This document shows, in pieces, positions 25,430 through 32,000 of a stretch of DNA of 32,000 nt. This stretch comes from Vibrio vulnificus CMCP6 (GTDB taxonomy: Bacteria; Pseudomonadota; Gammaproteobacteria; Enterobacterales; Vibrionaceae): NCBI RefSeq assembly GCF_000039765.1, contig NC_004460.2, forward strand, positions 1,260,001-1,292,000. Reading direction: 5' to 3'. Within the stretch, counting starts at the first letter, position 1; each line of letters starts with the position of its first letter. Both the position numbers and the translations under genes were made by a program. The notes under the pieces were generated by a model, which saw only the letters and a program-made list of their open reading frames with translations, had not been told where the DNA came from and searched no databases.

Positions 25430-26125
25430 ATGATTCAGTTTTCTAATCTGCAGCGCCATTACCAGTTAGGGCTATTGGAAGTCCCTGCACTGCAATCGGT
25501 TAGCGGTGCGATTGAACAAGGTGAAATGGTGGCACTTTGTGGCCCTTCAGGCTCAGGAAAAAGCACGCTGCTCAACATCTTAGGGTTATTGGATATGCAG
25601 TATACCGGGCAAGTGACGCTGCATGGCGATGATTACCCTCGTTCGGCCAATCAAGCGGCAAAACTTCGACGCGAAAAGCTCGGTTTTATCTTCCAAAAGT
25701 TCAATCTTGTGCCAGTGATGACGGCGCTAGAGAACGTGGCGTACCCGTTATACCTCAATGGTGTCGATAAGGCCAAACAGCGTCAGTTAGCGGCTGAAAT
25801 GCTCGAACGTGTTGGCTTAGGGGAGAGTTTACATGCCTTGCCGGATCAGCTTTCTGGTGGTCAACAGCAACGGGTGGCCATTGCACGGGCGTTGGTCCAT
25901 CGGCCTACCTTAGTGATCGCCGATGAGCCGACGGCCAGCCTAGATAGCGTCACGGCCAACTTGGTTATCGACATCATGAAACAACTCGGCCATGAACGGG
26001 CCACCACGTTTGTTGTGGCTACCCACGATGGGCGAATGGCATCACGTTGCGATCGCACTATTGAACTATTAGATGGCCGCTTGCGTCAGCATCACGAGCA
26101 GGAGGTGATCTCATGGGCCAGTTAG
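25430..26125 (+). CDS. ABC transporter ATP-binding protein, MacB/LolD type
   Basis: The start at ATG 25430 (MIQFSNLQRHY) has a GGAGG RBS. Walker A GPSGSGKST, signature LSGGQQQRVAIARAL, Walker B LVIADEPTASLD. Confidence 0.9.
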   Translation: MIQFSNLQRHYQLGLLEVPALQSVSGAIEQGEMVALCGPSGSGKSTLLNILGLLDMQYTGQVTLHGDDYPRSANQAAKLRREKLGFIFQKFNLVPVMTALENVAYPLYLNGVDKAKQRQLAAEMLERVGLGESLHALPDQLSGGQQQRVAIARALVHRPTLVIADEPTASLDSVTANLVIDIMKQLGHERATTFVVATHDGRMASRCDRTIELLDGRLRQHHEQEVISWAS

Positions 26126-27378
26126 TTGCACGTCTGTTTCCTGATTCGCTGCGCTTGGCGTGGCTTAACCTAAAGCGCAATGGTCGCCGCAGCTTGTTGT
26201 CTGTTCTGATCATTGCCATTGCGGTATTCGCGTTGACCAGTGCGGGTGGGTTTGGTTTGTACACCTACGACAGCCTCAAAGAGTCAACGGCGAGAGACAC
26301 TGGCCACATTACCATCAGTACGCCGGGCTTTTTTGCTAAAGAAGAAGAGATGCCTCTGAGCAATGGCTTAAGCCAGCCTGATGACCTTATTGCCAGTGTC
26401 ATAGGCCTCAATGAGGTGCGTGGTGTGCAGCCGAGAATAGAATTCAATGGTCTCATTTCCAACGGCAGTAAGTCGGCGATTTTTGTCGGCATTGGTGTAA
26501 ATGATCGTGAATTTGATATGAAAGGGCCTTTTCTTGATGTTCGAGAAGGTAAGACGTTATCCAACCCACGAGGACAACGCTACGATCCGGCGGAACCGGA
26601 AGTGATGTTGGCGATGGATCTGGCGCGAAATCTCAATGTGACGGTGGGGGATTGGATTACCCTGTTGGCCACCACCACGGACGGAGCCCTCAATGCATAC
26701 GACTTCAAGGTGCGTGGCCTCTACGCAACGGGGGTGCCTGAGTTGGATAAGCGCCAGCTTTACATCCACATTGACAGTGCGCAATCGCTGCTGGCAACAG
26801 ACAAAGTGAGTGTGATTTCTGTGTTCCTGTTTGAGACCGAAAAAACCGCCGCCGTGCAGCAGCACTTGTCGGCTTTGCTGAGTCAGTTCTCTCAAGAGCT
26901 GAAATTGACGCCTTGGCAAGAGCGGGCCTTCTTCTATCAGAAAGTGAAAGATCTTTATGACCGTATTTTCGGCATCATGGGGGCGGTGATGGGGCTGGTG
27001 GTGTTCGTGGCACTGTTTAATACCATGACCATGTCGGTCACTGAGCGAACCCGCGAAATTGGTACCTTATCGGCACTGGGCAGTTACCCGCGCGACATCA
27101 TCATTGGCTTCTTACGTGAAGCGGGGCTATTGGCTTTGCTGGGGAGCCTTGTTGGTGCGCTAGCCAGTGGTGCTATCTCACTGCTTTTAATGGTGGTGGA
27201 TGTACAAATGCCACCGCCACCAGGCAGAACCGATGGTTACCCACTGATGGTTTATTTCTCATTTGAACTGGTAGCCATCGCGGCGGTTGGTGTGGTGTGT
27301 ATCTGCCTTCTGGCTGCCTATCTTTCTGCCCGCAAAGGGGTAAACAAACCGATTACGGAGGCGCTAACCTATGTATAA
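26113..27378 (+). CDS. ABC transporter permease, FtsX/MacB/LolC type with a large periplasmic domain
   Basis: 421 aa. TM1 (LLSVLIIAIAVFALTSAGGFGL) is followed by a roughly 200-aa loop and then three C-terminal TMs in an FtsX-like arrangement. The gene overlaps the ATPase gene by 13 nt. GGAGG RBS. Confidence 0.85.
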   Translation: MGQLVARLFPDSLRLAWLNLKRNGRRSLLSVLIIAIAVFALTSAGGFGLYTYDSLKESTARDTGHITISTPGFFAKEEEMPLSNGLSQPDDLIASVIGLNEVRGVQPRIEFNGLISNGSKSAIFVGIGVNDREFDMKGPFLDVREGKTLSNPRGQRYDPAEPEVMLAMDLARNLNVTVGDWITLLATTTDGALNAYDFKVRGLYATGVPELDKRQLYIHIDSAQSLLATDKVSVISVFLFETEKTAAVQQHLSALLSQFSQELKLTPWQERAFFYQKVKDLYDRIFGIMGAVMGLVVFVALFNTMTMSVTERTREIGTLSALGSYPRDIIIGFLREAGLLALLGSLVGALASGAISLLLMVVDVQMPPPPGRTDGYPLMVYFSFELVAIAAVGVVCICLLAAYLSARKGVNKPITEALTYV

Positions 27379-28141
27379 CGCAATAAAAGCTGGCTTATGG
27401 ATGGCGCTGCTTTGCGCCTCAAACTGGGCGTCGGCTCAACCGAGCGATGAACAAGTGATGAGTATGATCAAGCAAGCGGACGATTACCGACTCAAAGAAA
27501 CGTCTGCGCGCGTGGTCTCATTGGTGAGCCTGTATGAGAACGATCAGTTGGACAAAACTCGTGAGTACCATGTTTACACACGGCCAAATCGCGAATCTCT
27601 GGTGATTTTTAAATCGGCCGTGGAGGCGGGGCAAAAGATGTTGATGCTGCAAGATAACTACTGGTTACAAATGCCAAAAAGCCGTCGACCGATTCGCATC
27701 ACGCCAATGCAGAAACTGCTGGGGGAAGCATCGGTAGGGGACATTTCAACCCTCACTTGGAGCGAGGATTACCAAGCCACATGGAGAGCGGAGGAAATCG
27801 TGTCCTCGTTGTCAGGGCAAGCAACGTCAACACAGCATTTACAGCTGACGGCCAAAACCTCAGGGGCCAGTTATCAAACCATCGATCTGTGGTTGACCGT
27901 GCCTGAGCACTTTCCGCTCAAGGCGGATCTTTATCTGCGCTCTGGCAAGTTGGCAAAGCAAGCTTGGTTTACACGTGGCGAGCGCAACGGGGAGCCGAGC
28001 GTGACGGAAATGACGTTGCTCGATCATATTCAGCCAGCGAAGAAAACCGTCATTGAGTACCAAGATGTTCAGCCGTGGCAGCTTGAGGATAAGTTTTACA
28101 ATCCCAGCTATCTCTCTAAGGCCGATTCGGTGCAATTCTAG
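27371..28141 (+). CDS. Periplasmic LolA-like (outer-membrane lipoprotein-sorting-like) protein
   Basis: Signal peptide MYNAIKAGLWMALLCASNWASA/QP. Size and context fit the LolA-like family that accompanies FtsX-type ABC systems. The assignment rests on pattern memory and context, not on a strict motif. It overlaps the permease gene by 8 nt. Confidence 0.6.
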   Translation: MYNAIKAGLWMALLCASNWASAQPSDEQVMSMIKQADDYRLKETSARVVSLVSLYENDQLDKTREYHVYTRPNRESLVIFKSAVEAGQKMLMLQDNYWLQMPKSRRPIRITPMQKLLGEASVGDISTLTWSEDYQATWRAEEIVSSLSGQATSTQHLQLTAKTSGASYQTIDLWLTVPEHFPLKADLYLRSGKLAKQAWFTRGERNGEPSVTEMTLLDHIQPAKKTVIEYQDVQPWQLEDKFYNPSYLSKADSVQF

Positions 28142-28160
28142 CTAACTAAGGAGCAAATCA

Positions 28161-29495
28161 ATGGCGGTTTGTGTGCACCATCGACCAGCTCGTCTGTCGT
28201 CTGCTAAACGGGCAAGCAGCTTACTGCTTGGCACTTTGCCTTGGTGGACGATGGCTGGGGAATTGAGCAGTGAGTGGGATTGGGCGCTCAGTTACGAAGC
28301 GGCGCAATCTCGCCAATCCGTATTCACCACCACACAATATGCGCATCGCAGTGAACTCAACGCGATGTTGGATTTACAACTGGCGTATCACACTCAGCAG
28401 GGGCAATGGACCTCTTCGTTCGCCCTCTACAGTGATGGGCTTTATCTCAACAATGGCGAGCGATCGGTTTGGTGGGAGAGCCGTGATAGCCAGTGGGTGG
28501 TACGTGAGTTGGCTTGGTTAGGTGAATGGCAAGTCGGGGATTGGCTGCTGGATGTGAGCGTTGGCAAATTACGTTTGGATTGGGGGGTAGGCTATGGTTA
28601 TCGCCCGCTGGATCTGTTTCGACCTTATCGACAAAATCCAGTGACCTTGGTGGCCGAAGAAGGCACTGGCGTCGTCTCGTTTTCTCACTATGACTTAGCG
28701 GGAGAGTGGACGCTGCTGTTCACCGATTCCAGTTGGAGTCAGATGGAGCAAAGCGCGCTGGATGAAGCCGCGCAGCAGCGAGGCGCAGGAATCCGGCGTT
28801 ACTGGCTGGATGACGATCATGAATGGCAGTGGATCGCCTATTACGACGATGTACGCCAAGGGCTAATCGGCGGCAGTGTGAGGACGGTCTTCAACGAGGC
28901 GTTATCGCTGCATAGCTCAGCATTGTGGCAACATCAAAGCGTCGGCTATCAACTTCCGGATTCTCTGTTTGCCCCTGTGGCGGTAGAGGAGCAGGGAGAG
29001 GCATGGCAAGCGTTAGTCGGCGTGAACTGGGCCAGCGAAAGTGGTCACTCCTTGTTAGCGGAATATTGGTATGACAGCCGTGCGTGGTCAAAGCGCCAGT
29101 GGCAACAGGCGATGGATCGCGCGCGCCTGTTAACGCAGCAGCCCAATACCGAACCTCTGGCCGCCAGTTATGCACAAGGTTTTGAGCATGCGAATTTAGT
29201 TCAACACAACCTGATGCTGCATTGGAGTTGGGACAGCAACGCCTGGATGATGTGGCACGGTGTCTCCGCTCCGCAATGGTTAGCGGATGTTACGCCAACT
29301 CTCGATATCTTATTTTCGCCGGAAGATGGCGGTGTCATCCTAACTCAGTGGATTCGCTACCAATGGATTGATACTGGCCAGCAGAGTGTGGAATTGGAAT
29401 TTGCCGCACGCTTTTTAACGGGGGATAGCCAATCAGCGTATGCGCAAATTGAGGATAAGCATATGATGGTCTTGAATCTAAAAGGGAGGTTTTAG
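28161..29495 (+). CDS. Predicted outer-membrane beta-barrel protein
   Basis: AAGGAG RBS. The N-terminal region is basic then hydrophobic (KRASSLLLGTLPWWTMA). The protein is rich in aromatics, Gly and alternating residues. It ends with a C-terminal aromatic residue (LNLKGRF), typical of OMP beta-signals. Confidence 0.55.
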   Translation: MAVCVHHRPARLSSAKRASSLLLGTLPWWTMAGELSSEWDWALSYEAAQSRQSVFTTTQYAHRSELNAMLDLQLAYHTQQGQWTSSFALYSDGLYLNNGERSVWWESRDSQWVVRELAWLGEWQVGDWLLDVSVGKLRLDWGVGYGYRPLDLFRPYRQNPVTLVAEEGTGVVSFSHYDLAGEWTLLFTDSSWSQMEQSALDEAAQQRGAGIRRYWLDDDHEWQWIAYYDDVRQGLIGGSVRTVFNEALSLHSSALWQHQSVGYQLPDSLFAPVAVEEQGEAWQALVGVNWASESGHSLLAEYWYDSRAWSKRQWQQAMDRARLLTQQPNTEPLAASYAQGFEHANLVQHNLMLHWSWDSNAWMMWHGVSAPQWLADVTPTLDILFSPEDGGVILTQWIRYQWIDTGQQSVELEFAARFLTGDSQSAYAQIEDKHMMVLNLKGRF

Positions 29496-30599
29496 ATGTT
29501 TTTTTCTCGGGTAGCAAAAAATCGTGCCGCGCAGGAAGCGTTGTCATCCAATCACTTAGCGAGCAACGACGCGCAAGCCCTTGAGGGCGGATGGTTACGC
29601 TCGTTTGCCGTGACGTCTGTCTTCTGCTTGTTTGTGTCAGTGCTGACCTTATCTGTTTGGGGCGGCGCTTACTATATCCATTTGATCATTAGCTTTGGTT
29701 TCGGTTATTCGGCGTTGTTCTTCTCTTGGCTGATCGAAAAGCTCTTCCCTATGATGCCAAGAAACGCGGAAATCCTTCTCTCCCTAACGGCATGTTTGCT
29801 GTTTGGTATTCTCAACGCGCGTTTTTGGGTGGGGGATTACTTTGGCATCACTGATATGGTTCCGGTGGGGCTGATGGGACTGTTGTTTAGCGGGATGTGT
29901 TATTTCTATTTTCACTCCAAAGAGCAACAAATGTTGGCTGCTCACGAGTTAGAAGTGATGAAACGTGAGAAAGCCGAGCAAGAGCGCGCCCTGTTAATGA
30001 GTCAACTCAAACAACTGCAAAGCCAAATAGAGCCGCACTTTCTGTTTAATACTCTGGCCAACATCAGTGCGCTCATGAGCTGTGATGTGGAGAAAGCCCA
30101 GCAGATGCTGACGCGTTTAACCGATTTATTGCGCTCAACGCTGAAGAGTTCGCGTGAAGAGAGAACGTTACTCGCCAGTGAACTGGAGATTCTCGATGCC
30201 TATCTCGCGATTCAAAAAATTCGTTTGGGTGAGCGGTTGGAGTATCACATTCATTGCCCAGAGGCGCTGAAAGGGTGTGTGATTCCACCGATGTTGATCC
30301 AACCTTTGGTGGAAAATGCCATTACGCATGGGATTGAACCCAAAGTGCAAGGGGGCAAAGTTGAGGTCCGAGTAATGAAAAATGAACTCGGCCTTGAGCT
30401 GCGCGTCGTGGATACTGGGGTGGGCTTTGGGCAAGCCTCTCGCTCGGGATCGGGGGTAGGGCTTAACAACATTAAACAACGTTTGGCGACCTTGTTTGGT
30501 GAATTAGGCACGCTAACTCTATTGGAAGGTCGCCACGGTGGGGTTTGTGCTGTTATACAAATGCCGCCGCAACAAGAGAAACAGGAAGCGAAAGCGTGA
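29496..30599 (+). CDS. LytS/YehU-type sensor histidine kinase (membrane-embedded sensor, no periplasmic domain)
   Basis: About four TM helices with only short loops, then a His_kinase-type region ([17 protein letters not shown]) and an HATPase region ([29 protein letters not shown]). The start codon directly follows the upstream stop. Confidence 0.88.
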
Positions 30600-31366
30600 T
30601 GACTTCAATGACGGCGTTGATTGCCGATGATGAACCCCTACTGAGACACCACCTCAATCGGATGTTGGCGGATGTTTGGCCTGAGCTCGAGGTGGTGGCG
30701 TTGGTGGGGGATGGGCAGCAAGCCCTCACTTCGATTGAACAACTTCAGCCCGATATCGTGTTTTTGGATATCCGCATGCCAGAGCTTGATGGTATCGCTG
30801 TGGCAAAACAGCTCAATCGTGGTGAGTATCGTCCAACCATCGTTTTTGTGACCGCTTATGATGAATATGCGGTGAAAGCCTTTGAGCAACAAGCGATCGA
30901 TTACTTAATGAAGCCACTGAGCGAAGCGCGTCTTATCGATACTTGCCAACGCATCAAAGCACGTCAACAGCCCACGGTATCGCCACCGGATGTGGGGGCG
31001 TTGTTGAGTCAACTTCAGGCGTTGTCTAAACCGGCGCAACCTCAATATCTACAGTGGATTCGCGCGGCATTAGGAGACGATATTCATCTTATCTCGGTGA
31101 ATGATGTACTCTATTTTAAAGCGGAAGAAAAGTACGTCACCGTGCACACCCTTGCCAAAAAAGAGTTCCTGATTCGCATGTCGTTAAAGGAGCTTTTGGC
31201 CCAACTTGACCCCGAACGGTTTTGGCAAATACACCGAGCGTCGGTCGTTAATGTGGCAGCGATAGAGAAAGTGCAGAAGGATTTTACGGGGCGAATGTCG
31301 GTGACGGTCGGGGAGCAAAAGCTGCCAGTCAGCCGCGGCTCTCAGCATCTGTTCAAAGGCATGTAG
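30599..31366 (+). CDS. LytTR-family response regulator
   Basis: The start at ATG 30599 ([15 protein letters not shown]) overlaps the kinase stop (TGATG). REC domain ([16 protein letters not shown]) plus a LytTR DNA-binding domain ([23 protein letters not shown]). Confidence 0.9.
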
Positions 31367-31487
31367 CGGAAAATGTCTTGCCAAGAGGGCGGCGAGATAA
31401 CGGCGAGAGATCGAAGGCGTCAGCGCTTTATCGCAGCGTAAGCGATGGGGAAAACGGCTACCTGCAGAGGGCCAGCAAGACGAAATG

Positions 31488-31500
31488 TTTACAGTGTAAA
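31488..31500. promoter_or_regulatory. parS2 centromere site
   Basis: TTTACAGTGTAAA, exact, intergenic. Confidence 0.85.
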
Positions 31501-31519
31501 TTGCGTAAACAAAAGAGAA

Positions 31520-31536
31520 GGGCAGCGTCGCTGCCC
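31520..31536. terminator. Hairpin terminator between convergent genes
   Basis: GGGCAGC-GTC-GCTGCCC. T-rich tracts follow on both strands (TTGTCGTTGCTGTTTT on plus, TTCTCTTTTGTTT on minus). Confidence 0.6.
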
Positions 31537-31571
31537 TTGTCGTTGCTGTTTTGTTGCGTTTGCAACGGATG

Positions 31572-32000
31572 TTAGACGGTGAAGCGTCCGACGAGATCAG
31601 AAAGTTGGTGCGCTTTCTTATTCAAGCTTTGGCTACCCATGCGGTTTTGGTTAGCTAAGTCCGCTGATTGGCTACTTTGATCTGAAATCACCACGATTCG
31701 TTCTGAAATTTCCTGACCAACAATACTTTGCTCCTCGGTTGCGGTTGCAATCAAAGAGTTCATATCCATGATGGTGCCAATCGAGTCGATGATTTTCAGC
31801 AAAGCAGCGGCGGCGGCATTGGCTTCTTCTACCGTGCTTTCACCACGGGCTTGGCTGGCATCCATCGCTTTCACTGCAGCATCCGATGCGGCTTTCAACT
31901 GGTTGATCATCTGATGAATTTCACCCGTACTGTCTTGTGTGCGGCTGGCGAGTTTGCGAACTTCGTCTGCCACCACCGCAAAACCGCGGCCTTGTTCGCC
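31572..32000 (-). CDS. Methyl-accepting chemotaxis protein (partial; 5' part lies beyond the right edge)
   Basis: The minus-strand translation continues to the window edge: [28 protein letters not shown]..., which is the conserved MCP signalling hairpin. The internal Met at 31976 is not the start. Confidence 0.88.
   Translation of the reverse strand, partial: GEQGRGFAVVADEVRKLASRTQDSTGEIHQMINQLKAASDAAVKAMDASQARGESTVEEANAAAAALLKIIDSIGTIMDMNSLIATATEEQSIVGQEISERIVVISDQSSQSADLANQNRMGSQSLNKKAHQLSDLVGRFTV

Noticed and set aside
29683-29696. TGATCATTAGCTTT inside the LytS-type kinase gene, resembling an iteron with a 2-nt insertion
   Set aside because: It is a single isolated imperfect match far from the origin, with no phasing partner. 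It is compatible with chance plus the coding constraint (HLIISFG).
1-32000. Mobile elements, integron cassettes, prophage, tRNA/rRNA genes
   Set aside because: I saw no transposase or integrase ORFs, inverted terminal repeats, attC-like repeats or tRNA-like structures. The accessory-looking genes appear to be ordinary chromosomal operons.

Overview
This window is the replication-origin neighbourhood of a Vibrionaceae secondary chromosome (chromosome 2 / chromid). I cannot assign a species from sequence alone.

Gene content, left to right:
- A minus-strand chemotaxis operon (1-6863): STAS protein, cheY, cheA, two cheW, a soluble multi-PAS receptor and cheR. This gene order matches the Pseudomonas Che2 / V. 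cholerae cluster III type.
- tmcA (7198-9231).
- parB2 and parA2 (9324-11523).
- A roughly 1.4 kb non-coding origin region (11524-12932).
- The initiator gene rctB (12933-14903).
- Accessory genes to the right: a Fur-box-controlled pair of orphan ABC ATPases plus a 155-aa unknown protein, a NADAR-RibA fusion, a periplasmic binding protein divergent from a hybrid histidine kinase, a YebC/YeeN-like regulator, and a DUF2798/LysR divergent pair.
- A tightly coupled seven-gene operon (24766-31366): secreted protein, MacB/LolD-type ABC ATPase, FtsX-type permease, LolA-like periplasmic protein, predicted outer-membrane barrel, intramembrane-sensing LytS-type kinase, LytTR regulator.
- A partial MCP gene at the right edge.

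Origin elements read directly from the sequence:
- Six phased TGATCATGCTTTC-type iterons, each carrying a GATC.
- A perfect DnaA box.
- An AT-rich, GATC-dense unwinding region.
- Two 39-mer-class sites and a truncated copy over the rctB promoter.
- Dispersed and variant iterons.
- Five palindromic parS2 centromere sites (TTTACA[G/A]TGTAAA).

Observations I would follow up first:
1. Five extra iteron copies downstream of rctB. Two of them bracket the 155-aa ORF and are written into its coding sequence.
2. The seven-gene envelope ABC / LolA-like / OMP / LytTR module, for which I know of no functional characterisation.
3. A receptor with three Aer2-like PAS repeats and an EWEEF C-terminal pentapeptide.
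4. An orphan strong terminator between rctB and the next operon.

All calls rest on reading the sequence and the supplied ORF translations. No database search was possible.
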